Source: Octopus sinensis
Taxonomy: Eukaryota
Direction: 5' to 3'
NCBI RefSeq assembly: GCF_006345805.1
Contig: NC_043024.1
Span: 124,001 to 188,000 of the forward strand
DNA: 64,000 nt
Part shown: piece after piece, positions 1-11,810 of the stretch
Layout of the letters: each line of letters starts with the position of its first letter
Numbering within the stretch: the first letter of the stretch is position 1
Program-made: the position numbers and the translations under genes
The notes under the pieces: generated by a model
The model's database searches: none
What the model was told of the DNA's origin: nothing
The model's input: only the letters and a program-made list of their open reading frames with translations

Positions 1-111
1 ACATTAATTTCACGAGCAGCCTGTTCTGTTGATCGAATTAATGGGACACGCACACACATACCACACACACAAACACATGCATACATATATTACATACATA
101 ATAATATAGAT

Positions 112-149
<38 letters not shown>

Positions 150-311
150 GCACACGCACATGCGCGTGTGTGTATTTTCAATGTTTGTTCTAGGTTTAAT
201 TTTCTACACAACATATCACTCCCTCACCCCCTCTCTCTCTCTCTTCGCCTCAAATGAAGACCATCTCAATATCACTTCACCACCTTTTAAGCGGTTGATT
301 TCTCAAATAAA

Positions 312-397
312 TCATCATCAGCATCAGCATCATCATCATCATCATCATCATCTTCATCATCATCATCATCATCGTCATCGTCATCGCCATCGTCATC

Positions 398-448
<51 letters not shown>

Positions 449-496
449 GTCATCGTCATCGTCATCGTCATCATCATCATCGTCATCATCATCATC

Positions 497-544
<48 letters not shown>

Positions 545-608
545 GTCATCGTCATCGTCATCGTCATCATCATCATCATCATCGTCATCGTCGTCGTCGT
601 CGTCATCA
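312..608. repeat. (CAT)n/(CGT) compound microsatellite
   Basis: Direct reading; it produces the poly-His and poly-Met pseudo-ORFs. Confidence 0.98.
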
Positions 609-989
609 TTGCCAAGCTGCTTATATTATTTCAGACGTATGTAATTACTGTTTGAGCTTTCATAAACCGACTTAGGATGATATTACATTTTGTTAAAATA
701 ACACCAACCAACCAACCAACCAACCAACCAACCAACCAACCAACCAACAGAACGTCCCACCTGCCCACCCGCCCGCCAGCCGGCCGGTCGGCCAGCCAGA
801 TCCATCTAATATTTCAAGCGATTAACATCACCATCAATGTTTTAAATGTCAATTTTTCACAATCGAATGAATGGACCTAATCGATAAAGTTGTTCGTTTG
901 ATGGTGATTGACTGAACGGAAATTTTATTGATGTCAAACATAAAACAATGAGACCAATAATAATGATAATGATGGTGATGATGATGATA

Positions 990-2310
990 CTTTTAAATTT
1001 TGGCACAAGGCCAGCAAGTTCCGGTGAGGGGGTAAGTCGATTACGTCGGCCCCCCGAGTTTGACTGGTACTTATTTTATCGACCCCGAAAAGATGAAAAG
1101 CAAAGTCGGTCTGAGCGTAACTTGAACTCAGAACGTAAAGAGGCGGAAGAAATAGCTATTTCTTTACTACCCACAAGGGGCTAAACGCAGAGGGGACAAA
1201 CAAGGACAGACAAACGGATTAAGTCGATTATATCGACCCCAGTGCGTAACTGGTACTTATTTAATCGACCCCGAAAGGATGAAAGGCAAAGTCGGTCTGA
1301 GCACAATTTGAACTCAGAGCGTGAAGAGGCGGCAGAAATACCTATTTCTTTACTACCCACAAGGGGCTACACACAGAGGGGACAAACAAGGACAGACAAA
1401 CGGATTAAGTCGATTACATCGACTCCAGTGCATAACTGGTACTTATTTAATCGACCCCGAAAGGATGAAAGGCAAAGTCGACCTCGGCGGAATTTGAACT
1501 CAGACCGTAGCGGTAGACGAAATACTGCTAAGCCTTTCGCCCGGCGTGCTAACTATTCTGCCACCTCACCGCCTTTTAAGAAATATCACCAAGCACTTTT
1601 TCTAGTGCGCTAACGATTCTGCTGGCTCACTACCTTAATAATAATAATTTCAAATGTTGACACATGGCCCACAATTTTGGAGGAGGAGCTAAGTTGATTA
1701 ACCCGACTTCAGTGCTTAATTGCTGTTTATTTTAGGATGAAAAGCAAAGTTGAACTCGTCAGCGTTTGAACTCAAAACGTAAAGACAGACGAAATGCTGT
1801 TCAGCATTCTGCCCGGCGCGGTAACAAATCTGCCAGCTCACAGCCTTCAATAATAATAATAAGAGTTTCAAATACCGGTACAGGGCCGGTAATTTAGAGG
1901 GAGGGGCTAAATTGATTACATCGATCCCAATTCTCAATTGGTACTTATTTAATCGACTCCCAAAAGATGAAAGGCAAAAATCGATCTCAGCGGAATTTGA
2001 ACTCAAAGCGTATGACATACGAAATGCCGCATTTGAACTCAGAATGTAAAGACAGACGAAACGCCGTTAAGCATAGTGCTCGGCGTGCTAGCGATTCTGC
2101 CAGCTCGTCGGTCTCCATTAATGTAATATTCCTCTCTACTATAGGCACAAATCCTGAGCATTTGGAGTCGGAGGCGAGACGATTACATCCTCTGCATTGC
2201 CTAACTGGTGTTCCTTTTATCGACTCCGAGAGAACGAAAAGCAAAAGTTTACCTCGGCGGAATTTGAACTCAGAACAAGATACAGACGAAGTAACGCTGA
2301 AGACTCTTGC
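990..2310 (-). mobile_element. Head-to-tail array of about 6-7 tRNA-derived SINE copies (family A)
   Basis: Repeated reverse complement of head GAGCTGGCAGAAACGTTAGCAC...GAGTTCAAATTCC (A/B boxes) plus central GCCTTTCATCCTTTCGGGGTCGATAAATTAAGTACCAG. From recall, the central block resembles the Meta/Sauria-SINE domain. Confidence 0.9.
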
Positions 2311-2409
2311 AGCACTGTCTTATATAGTAGTAATTATAATATGCATTCCAAATATATAGAAATTCCATGTTCAACAGAGCTGAAGGAAGAGAGAAATTAA
2401 AGAGAGAGT

Positions 2410-2440
<31 letters not shown>

Positions 2441-3085
2441 GAAGGAAGGAATGATGAAATGAAAGGCAAAATGGCACATTATTTATTGTGTTCAAAGAAT
2501 GAATCAATAAATAAATAATATAAAAACTGGAATATTCTTCATTTATTATCAATGACTATTTCGTTTTTCACTGCGAAATGACGTTGAGCATAATAAATAG
2601 CTAAGATGCTATATTCGATCAGATAATTTTCGTGAGTGTATGACAGATACGGATCAGAGAAAACACATAGCTTCACAGATTTCGGGAAACTATAAAATGT
2701 AAATGAGATAAAAATGGAATTAAATCGACAGAAACGATAAGAATAATAAAGATTTGGAAAGAAAAATAAAACACAAAAACAAAAAATAAATGTATAAGGA
2801 ATGTTTGGTTGGTGGATACCGAGGGCGTTTCCTGAAAAATTTGGTAGAGATATCATCTTAGAATCATTCATAATAAATAAATAAATAAATACATAAATAG
2901 ATGATAATGAAGAAACGCGGTCTGTGAGGTAAGAAGTTTGCTTTCCAACCATACGGTTCCGGGTTCATTCGCACTGTATGATACCTTGAGCAAAGGTCTT
3001 CTAATATAGCCATGGGCCGACCAAACCCTTGTGAGTAGATTAGGCAGAGGATAACAGAAAGAAGCTCACCATATATCCATATATA

Positions 3086-3500
3086 GGTGCAGGAGTGGCT
3101 GTGTGGTAAGTAGCTTGCTTCCCAACCACATGGTTCTGGGTTCAGTCCCACTGCGTGGCACCTTGGGCAAGTGTCTTTTACTATAGCCTCAACCGACCAA
3201 AGCTTTGTGAGTGGATTTGGTTGACGGAAACTGAAAGAAGCCCGTCGTATATATGCATATATATATATGTATGTGTGTGTATATGTTTGTCTGTGTTTGC
3301 CCCCCCCCACCACCAACATCGCTTGACAACCGATGCTGGTGTGTTTACGTCCCCATAACTTAGCGGTTCGGCAAAAGAGACTGATAGAATAAGTACTAGG
3401 CTTCCAAAGAATAAGTACTGGGGTCGATTTGCTCGACCAAAGACGGTTTGCTCCAGCATGGTGGCAGTCAAATGGCTGAAACAGTAAAAAGTAAAGAGAA
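3086..3500 (+). mobile_element. Full-length SINE family B (tRNA head, CORE-like ACCTTGGGCAAG, internal TA/TG repeat); partial copy at 2915-3070
   Basis: GGAGTGGCTGTGTGGTAAG...GGTTCAGTCCC...CTGAAACAGTAAAA; more than 10 homologous copies in the window. Confidence 0.9.
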
Positions 3501-3505
3501 TATAT

Positions 3506-3557
<52 letters not shown>

Positions 3558-3780
3558 ATCTATATATATATAGATGATAGATAGATAAGAAGTTGGTTTG
3601 TGAAAGCACGTGGGTGAATATATAAAAAATAGTAAAGAATATATAATCTTTTGATTTCAGACCCATTGCACAGCCGCACTTTGGGCCAGTATCTTCTGCC
3701 ATAGTGCTGGTTCGACTAATGCTTGACTGGATATCTGGTAGGCGCAAACCGTGTAAAACTCCTTGGGTTAATGTATATTT

Positions 3781-4114
3781 TTTAAATGTTAAAAAATATA
3801 TATATTTGCGTCAATATGTCTGAAGAATATTAGAAATTTAAAAAAAAAAAAATTTTTTCTCTTTTATAATGACATAATTTTTAAAGAAAGACCGGTTCGC
3901 ATTTAGCTTTTCAAATTTCTTGTGACGTTATGTTTGTATAATATATAATATATACACTTGCCCAAACATAACGTCACAAGAAATTTGAAAAGCTAAATGC
4001 GAAACCGGTCTTTCTTTAAAAATTATGTCATTATAAAAGAGAAAAAAAAATTTTTCTTTTAATTCTAATATTCTTCAGACATATTGACGCAAATATATTA
4101 TTTTTTAACATTTA
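3781..4114. repeat. Inverted repeat (about 155-bp arms) flanked by a 130-bp direct repeat (3645-3776 and 4183-4316); putative PLE pLTR fold-back
   Basis: Arms 3781-3936 and 3963-4114 are near-perfect reverse complements; a related copy lies at 4900-5020. Confidence 0.85.
3978..4016 (+). ncRNA. Hammerhead-like motif, U3-A8 variant
   Basis: AAGAAA t TTGAAAA GC-taaat-GC GAAA CCGG TC TTTCTT: stem I AAGAAA/TTTCTT, palindromic stem III, GUC site. One extra T precedes the core. Confidence 0.5.
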
Positions 4115-4142
4115 AGCCTTCTGTCGTTTTTTCACTCTTTAC

Positions 4143-4185
<43 letters not shown>

Positions 4186-4323
4186 CTTTTGATTTCAGAC
4201 CCATTGCACAGCCGCACTTTGGGCCAGTATCTTCTGCCATAGTGCTGGGTCGACTAATGCTTGACTGGATATCTGGTAGGCGGAAACCGTGTAAAACTCC
4301 TTGGGTTAATGTATATATGTTTA

Positions 4324-4510
4324 TACGAGAGGGGCTGAAACGTTCCTGGCATTAAGGGTATCGCAAAAGGCTCAACTTTCCAAGTTCTTTTACAGTTCTT
4401 TTAGTGAAGGACCACTACAATAATTGAATCTGAGAGAGGAATATGTTGAATAAAATCATTATTAACTGATCCTCCTGTATATTTTTACCCAAGGTCAGGA
4501 ACTTTTCAAC
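4324..4510. mobile_element. Tc1/mariner-type MITE
   Basis: TACGAGAGGGGCTGAAACGTTCCTGG ... TCAGGAACTTTTCAAC imperfect terminal inverted repeats; TA at the left end. Confidence 0.6.
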
Positions 4511-4791
4511 AAATATTCATCAAATCTGCCTCAGATCACTGTTATCTAAAATATTCACTTCCTCTCTCCGCCACTACCCAACCCCGTGTTGCAATTTTGA
4601 TTAATATTACTCATTAAGATAATGATAACATTTTTCTTTATATTGATATAAAATTAATTAATTTTTGGTTCATTTCGCTAAATCTATATACACCCTCTTT
4701 ACTTCGCATTTTAATTATTTTCATGCCGTAATTTCCTAATCATTCTTGCGTGTTTCAAAAATCTCGCTGAAATCCTTATATATATATATAA

Positions 4792-4859
<68 letters not shown>

Positions 4860-5102
4860 ATATATAATATATATATATTATATATATATATATATATATA
4901 TGAAATCATGTCATTTTAAGGAAGGAAAAAAGTTTTCCAATATTCTCCAGACATTTTGACACAAATATATATTTTTTTTAACATTAAGCCTTCTGTCGTT
5001 TTTTCACTCTTTACTATTTTCTTATATATATCATATATATATATATGTATACATATATATGTGTATGTATGTGTATATATTCATACATATAATATGTATA
5101 TA

Positions 5103-5140
<38 letters not shown>

Positions 5141-5177
5141 TATATGTATATATATATATACATATATATATGTATGT

Positions 5178-5209
<32 letters not shown>

Positions 5210-5251
5210 CATATATGTATACACATATGTATACATATATATATATATAAT

Positions 5252-5285
<34 letters not shown>

Positions 5286-5290
5286 ATATA

Positions 5291-5620
5291 ATATTAGGGA
5301 ATAAATCCAAATTTACAGGAAAAAATCAGATTTAGGATTAAATCCAATTTTATAGTAAAATATTATATAATATTAATTCGAGACAAAACCACTATTTTGC
5401 AATACAAACAAGGAAAGACTTAACCAATACATAAAAATTTTAATATAAAGAAATAAACCGCCACTACAATCGTTTCATGTCTTCGAAAATCCACCTGACG
5501 AATGTCATTGAAGACATGAAACGATTGTAGTGGCGGTTTATTTCTTTATATTAAAAATTTTTATGTGTATTGATTAAGTCTGTCCTTGTTTGTATTGACA
5601 AATAGTGGTTTTGTCTCGAA

Positions 5621-5630
<10 letters not shown>
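5291..5630. mobile_element. Non-autonomous PLE-like fold-back element in (TA)n
   Basis: Arms 5369-5484 and 5509-5630 are inverted, with an HHR core at the centre. The left terminus ATATTAGGGAATAAATCCAAATTTACAGG is shared with 49725. Confidence 0.75.
5491..5533 (+). ncRNA. Minimal type-I hammerhead ribozyme
   Basis: CCAC CTGACGA ATGTC-attgaa-GACAT GAAA CGATTG TA GTGG: intact core, perfect stems I and II, GUA cleavage triplet. Confidence 0.85.
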
Positions 5631-5659
<29 letters not shown>

Positions 5660-5663
<4 letters not shown>

Positions 5664-5886
5664 GAGCACCATTTTCATCTACCGGATTGCTCCGGTAGTA
5701 ACACTCAATGACCACAGCATTAATTTGTTTGCTCCATCTACGCCGTGTGCGGTGGTTCATTTCTGGATATCGACAGGCTGGAGCCGGACCAGAATATCTG
5801 ACCCTACCGGATGTAACACTGTCACCATCATTCGCTTCAGTTTCTTTACTGCCGTTATTCACAATATTTTGTTTTTTCATTGTCAC
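5660..5886 (-). pseudogene. N-terminal fragment of an R4/Dong-type (RLE) non-LTR retrotransposon ORF
   Basis: RRRWSKQINAVVIECYYRSNP resembles the N-terminal motif of R4/Dong-like ORFs (from recall); truncated by (TA)n. Confidence 0.55.
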
Positions 5887-6004
5887 TCATATGAGGTAGA
5901 GATTATCAGGTTGCGCAGTTACCAGTGTTTTTATTGTGACACCATCACTAGATGTATCATTAATCCGCTCAAGAGGAGGAGGAGGAGGCTCCACCAGTTT
6001 CCTT

Positions 6005-6050
<46 letters not shown>

Positions 6051-6231
6051 CATCATCATCATCATCATCATCATCACTGATATCACTAGTATTATTGTTT
6101 TTATGTATAGTAGTAGCAGTAGTTGAGCAACAACAACAGTAGTAGGGTCCTCAGATTCCTGTGCTATCATAACAGTAGTAGTGGTAGTATTATTGTCGTA
6201 TTAGTAGTATTTAGTATCAGCAGCTGCAGCA

Positions 6232-6610
6232 AGTGGAGGCGCAATGGCCCAGCGGTTAGGGCAGCGAACTCGCCGTTTCGATGCCCAGACCGGGCGTTGT
6301 GTGTATTTATTGAGCGAAAACACCTAAAAGCTCCACGAGGCTCCGGCAGGAGTGGGTGGGGTGGCGACCCCTGTTGTACTCTTTCGCTCCAACTTTTTCT
6401 CACTCTTTCTTCCTGTTTCTTGTCCCTGACTTCCTACGCAACCGCTGAATCTGGATGTGCATTCATCCATCCGTCGATGCTCTCGATGTCGAGGGTTGGC
6501 CGGCTTTCTCTTCTACGGGTCTTACGAATAGCAAAAGACCACGTTTCGGACTTCTCCCACTACAGAGGCGCGATCTTGCGAGCTCTGGGACGAAGGCCAC
6601 TTCGCTCAAC
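6232..6610 (+). mobile_element. tRNA-derived SINE (separate family)
   Basis: GGAGGCGCAATGGCCCAGCGGTTAGGGCAGC...TTCGATGCCC head, CpG-rich body, (CAAA)n tail. Confidence 0.7.
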
Positions 6611-7036
6611 AAACAAACAAACAAAAAAGCAGCTGCAGCATATTATTATTATTATTCTTTTTTTCATTATCATCATATCTACCTCTATCATTGTAGTTGG
6701 GCATCAGATTGGTGAATAGGTCATATTTTACAGGTCTATAGATTCGGTAGAAGGTAGAGACGTCAGCCATAAAGACAAAAGGATCTTCGTATCCCTTCGC
6801 TTCAGCAGAGGTCAAATGTGTTTACTACTACCAGTGGCCGCTAACAGCGCTGCCTTGAAAAGACGCAATTCAACCATAACCAAACCAAAGGACGACGAAC
6901 TAGAGTCCATCGTCCTTTGGTTTTGTTATGGTTTCGTTTTTACACTCATTGACATGTGTTGATGTTTCTTTCGTATTCATAATTATTATTGTGTAAACGA
7001 GAGACCGAGAAGGGACAGCAATGTGCATATATATAT

Positions 7037-7260
7037 CGGTGAGCTGGCAGAAACGTTAGCACACCGGGCGAAATGCTTAGCGGCATTTCGTCTGCCGTTA
7101 CGTTCTGAGTTCAAATTCCGCCGAGGTCGACTTTGCCTTTCATCCTTTCGGGGTCGATAAATTAAGTACAAGTTACGCACTGGGGTCGATGTAATCGACT
7201 TAATCCCTCTGTCTTTCCTTGTTTGTCCCCTCTGTGTTTAGCCCCTTGTGGGTGGTAAAG

Positions 7261-7263
<3 letters not shown>
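7037..7263 (+). mobile_element. SINE family A, full copy (others: 9129-9358, 14323-14990, 19359-19570, 27636-28040 on +; 40555-40730, 41410-41615, 42710-43475 on -)
   Basis: Same head and central block as the 990-2310 array. Confidence 0.9.
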
Positions 7264-7329
<66 letters not shown>

Positions 7330-7527
7330 GAAGAGAAAGTGAGAAAGAGAGAGAGAGAGGTCTTGTATGAGTATGGATGTATATGTAATTAAAATATTAA
7401 ATTTGATAGCCTACTCACAAATTTGCAGTTTTCGTATTGCAATATTGCAATCCATGTGTTTACATTTTCACTCACGTGTTGTTTGTGGCGGCGTATCTGA
7501 GGGAAGTTATTTCTTTTTTGTATATAT

Positions 7528-7582
<55 letters not shown>

Positions 7583-7708
7583 ACTCCAGTTTCCTGAGAT
7601 GGCTTACATTAGAACATAGTTTCCTTTCATTTTTCTTGTGGATTCTTAATTCCTTCTTCTTTCTTCTTCTTCTTCTTCTTCTTCTTATTATTATTATTAT
7701 TATTATTA

Positions 7709-7763
<55 letters not shown>

Positions 7764-7972
7764 GCATATTCTCCAGTTATTCTAAAGGTATTAGTTAGGT
7801 TCTGCTTTACCGAGGGGTCGCACTAACACTAAATCATAACCGAATTTGTCACAGCGTTGCTAATAATCAGACACAAAGCCGATTGCATTCTTATATTTAA
7901 TTAATGTTGATTAATTTAAATCCGAGGATTATCTCCCTGTATTTTCAACTGAATTACTCGATAAGATAATTA

Positions 7973-8377
7973 CTCTCTTTTACTCTTTTACTTGTTTCAG
8001 TCATTTGACTGCGGCCATGCTTGAGCACCGCCTTTAATCGAGCAACTCGACCCCGGGACTTATTCTTTTGTAAGCCCAGTACTTATTCTGTCGGTGTCTT
8101 TTGCCGAACCGTTAAGTAACGGGGACATAAACACGCCAGCATCGGTTGTCAAGCAATGCTAAGGGGACAAACACAGACACACAAACACACACACGCATAT
8201 ATATATACATATATATGACGGGCTTCTTTTCAGTTTCCGTCTACCAAATCCACTCACAAGGCTTTGGTTGGCCCGAGGCTATACTAGAAGACACTTGCCC
8301 AAGGTGCCACGCAGTGGGACTGAACCCGGAAACATGTTGGTAAACAAGCTACTTACCACACAGCCACTCCTGCGCCT
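7973..8377 (-). mobile_element. SINE family B, full copy (others: 22021-22620, 22775-23110, 28855-29232, 38218-38435, 43925-44095, 48150-48300)
   Basis: Reverse complement of 3086-3500. Confidence 0.9.
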
Positions 8378-8910
8378 ATGGTTCGCCTAATTATTGATTT
8401 TTAATGCTATAAATAGCCTTAGGGGCTTCTATTCAAGACGCAGCGTATCCACAATCACATCATCCAATATGATCATCCGCTTTTAAAACGCTTGAACAAT
8501 ATTTGAGAGTGATCTAACTATTATGTTTAGCTAGTCGACGTCTCGCGTTGAGGCTCCTATATCGGATCGTTAAATTTTATATTTGTTCATAAATCGTTCT
8601 GACACCATATTGATTGCATGTACATTTGAATATGCCCAACTTCTACAAATTTCCATGTAACATCTGTTAAGTATTAACATTTAATTTCTTTCAAAAGAAT
8701 ATTACGAGAAACTTAATGCTTGCTTTAACGCTACGTCAATATGGCACATTTGCCGAATGGTTAAAATGAATTACGGCTTAAAACAGGACGTTCTGAGATG
8801 CGTTCTGATGTCAAAGTGACCTCAATTTTGTGAATGAAATTGAGCAGACGGAAACTGTATAGAAGCCTGAAAGATGGCCTATACTAGTGATTTGAAAGGT
8901 TAGCGTTTAC

Positions 8911-8974
<64 letters not shown>

Positions 8975-9393
8975 CACATGCACGCATGTTCACACGGATA
9001 TACTAAGACATACGCACAGTGGCGGCTTGACTCTATTAGAAGATTATATCAAAAGTATAAATGGCGGAGGATTATCCAAACATTTGTTCAATGATACAAG
9101 TAATACGGAGTTAGTATTACTTGTAATACGGCAAGCTGACAGAATCATTAGCAAGCCGGGCGAAATACTTAGCAGTATTTCGTCTGCTGCTACGTTCTGA
9201 GTTCAAATTCCGCCGAGGTTGACTTTGCCTTTCATCCTTTCGGGGCCGATTAAATAAGTACCGGTTTCGTACTGGGGTCGATATAATCGACTTAATCCGA
9301 TTGTCTGTCCTTGTTTGTCCTCTCTGTGTTTAGCCCCTTGTGGGTAGTAAAGAAATAGATACAAGTAATACAGCGTTAGAAATGTTTTCATAA

Positions 9394-9773
9394 TCTCCCT
9401 CTCTCTCCCCTCTTTCTCCCCATCTCTCTCCCTCTCTCTCCCTTCTCTCTTTTTCCCATCTCTTTCCCTCTCTCTCCCTCTCTCTCCCTCTCTCTCCCTC
9501 TCTCTCCCCTCTTTCTGCCCATCTCTCTCCCTCTCTCTCTCCCTTCCCTCTTTTCCCATTTCTTTCCCTCTCTCTCCCTCTCTCCCCTCTTCCCTCTCCC
9601 CCTCTCTCTCCCTCTCTCCCCTCCCCTCCTCTCCCCATCTCCCTTCTCTCTTTTTCCCATCTTTCCCTCTCTCCCCTCCCCTCCTCTCCCCCTCTCCCTT
9701 CTCTCTTTTTCCCATCTCTTTCCCTCTCTCTCTCCCTCTCTCCCCTCCCCTCATCTCCCCCTCTCCCTCTCTA
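9394..9773. repeat. Polypyrimidine (CT-rich) tract with internal subrepeats
   Basis: About 380 bp of almost pure C/T; source of the ERG-rich pseudo-ORFs. Confidence 0.95.
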
Positions 9774-9784
9774 GGCTCTTGACT

Positions 9785-9968
9785 TTGTAGCTAGGGAATT
9801 CGGTTCACGATCGTAAGGTCGCGAGTTCGAAAACCGGTGACGCGTTGTGTCCTTGAGCCAGACACTTTATTTCTCGTTGGTCCACTCCACTTAGCTGGGA
9901 AAAACGAATAGTACCTATAATCCAAAGGGTCAGCCTTGTCACAATCCTTCTAACGCTGGATCTCCCTG
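9785..9968 (+). mobile_element. CORE-like SINE family D, truncated (others: 21500-21650, 25955-26165, 39030-39320, 40758-41030, 49400-49680)
   Basis: GAGTTCGAAAACC B box followed by TGTGTCCTTGAGCCAGACACTTTATTTC. Confidence 0.75.
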
Positions 9969-10703
9969 ATCCCGAATGGCCTCCGCAGATAGCTGTGGAG
10001 GTCATAACGTTACCCGTGATGATTAGGCTGAAGGGACTGAATGAGGAATATCGCTTGTGGCCGGGCGAGGCCGACGTAGCACCCATTTCGATCTTGAATG
10101 AGGCGTGGGCGGTGATGGAGGAGGATGCGGGCACAATCGATGTTGATGGGGAATATTGATAAGAGGTTGAAAAGCCTCAGTGTTATTGAAAGTTCCTAGT
10201 TTGGAAAAAAAAGGTAAGAGGCTTCGTGCCTCATTTTGTTATTGAATTGTGAACAATATAAGAGGTTTGTTGCCTCATGAACAATATACAAGAGACCAGT
10301 GTTCCCGGGAAAAATCGATCGGTAAACGAAAAATACACCGCCGATAGTTGTTGTTGACAATCAACGGCAGTAATTTTATTCAGCTGAATACACGTCATTG
10401 ATTGGCTGAAATTACCGAAATACTACAACTTTAACGTGAAATAACTTCCTAAATATAAGCTTTTCTCAAAAACGCTAAGAGTAAAAGATGTTTTATATGA
10501 CACATTCTACCAGTGTCCGAAGTTTGAAAGTGTTTAGTTACAAAAAATTATTTTTTAAATCTGTCGGTCAAAAGGTAAAGATCCCCTCCATCTTCTGTTG
10601 CTCAACGACACTTCTTTTCCTTTGGTTTTTCTGTTACTTTGTTTCTTCCTGTTTAATTGTTATAATTTGATCTAATTATATTTTATTTTATTTTATTTTT
10701 CAG

Positions 10704-10932
10704 AAGTAAACATCATCCCATCGAAAAAGTCAAGAGCATTACGTCACTTGACGTTCTATGGAGACGCATGCGTCAAGCAACGGAAAGTTACCGGATGTTT
10801 CATAAGAAAGACGCCATGATTAGTGACGTGATGTCAGCGGCACGAGCCGAGGCTTACGAAGCCAATTTGAAAAAAACTAACGAGGAAAAATACAAATTAA
10901 TGAGGATGCGAGAAAAGTTAAAAGAAGAATGA
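10704..10932 (+). CDS. Terminal coding exon of an unidentified gene (SKHHPIEKVKSITSLDVLWRRMRQATESYRMFHKKDAMISDVMSAARAEAYEANLKKTNEEKYKLMRMREKLKEE*)
   Basis: Strong acceptor TTTTATTTTATTTTTCAG at 10686-10703, then 1 nt plus 75 open codons of non-repetitive helical/coiled-coil-like sequence, TGA at 10930-10932. Not in the ORF track. Confidence 0.7.
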
Positions 10933-11230
10933 TAAACGCTGTCTTCAACACTGGAATTCTGGGAATTCCTGTTAGGAGCCTCCCTCGTAAAATGGCTCCC
11001 CTGTCTGTCTGTCTGTCTCTTTCTCTTTCTCTCTCGCCCTCAATCTATTTATTTCTCCCCCCCCCCCTTTCAGCTTCTTTCGTTGTGATTTAACTTCCTA
11101 AGGAAGACGAATGACAAACGCTGTGTTCAAACCTTGAAGTCTGAGAATTCCTATACAGAATATTCTATCTGTTGGCTTTTATGTTGCTCTCTGTCTCTTT
11201 CTCACTTTTACTCTTTTTTACTACCTGTCA

Positions 11231-11310
<80 letters not shown>

Positions 11311-11810
11311 CTCCTCCTCCTGCTCTGCCATGGTGATAAAACTTCACAAGGAAGACAAATTAAGAACACTATCTTTAAATCTTGAATTCTGGGAATTCCA
11401 AATCGGTGCCTCTCTAACTGAAGGCTCCAACGTTTCTTTCTTTCTTTCTTTTCTCTTTCTTTCTTTTTTTCTCTCGTTCTTTCTTCCTTTCTTACTTCCT
11501 TTCTTTCTTTCTTTCTTTCTTCCTTCCTTCCTTTCTTTCTTTCTTTCTGTCTCTCTCTTTCCGTTTCACCTTCCTCTTCAGCTTCATCCATGGTTATTTA
11601 ACTTCCCAAGAAAGCGGAATATGGTACACTGTCTTCAAACTAGGAAATTTTTGAATACCAATATGGAACTTTTCTAACAGCTCCTTGCCTCTCTCTCTCT
11701 ATCTCTCTCTCTCTCTCTCTTTCACTTCTCTTCCTCTTTCAGTCTCTCTTCTCCTTTTTCTTCCAGTTTCTTCTATACTGTATTGATTTCTCAAGGAACA
11801 GCAACACCAA
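10921..11810 (+). repeat. Diverged tandem array of 4-5 units (about 190-260 bp) immediately after the stop codon
   Basis: Core cagcttc..gatttaacttcc.aaggaagac..aaacgctgtcttcaa..gaattctgggaattcc..ggctcc recurs at about 10925, 11070, 11320, 11577 and 11763; each copy is followed by a different microsatellite. Confidence 0.75.

Noticed and set aside
160-675. Poly-His ORF, and the many YI/HT/CV-repeat ORFs elsewhere
   Set aside because: Translations of stop-free microsatellites, with no splice or composition support.
6734-6963. Open + frame after a TTTTACAG acceptor
   Set aside because: No convincing donor, and it runs through a hairpin; cannot be linked to the 10704 exon.
9203-9754. ERG-rich ORFs
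   Set aside because: Reverse complement of a polypyrimidine tract.
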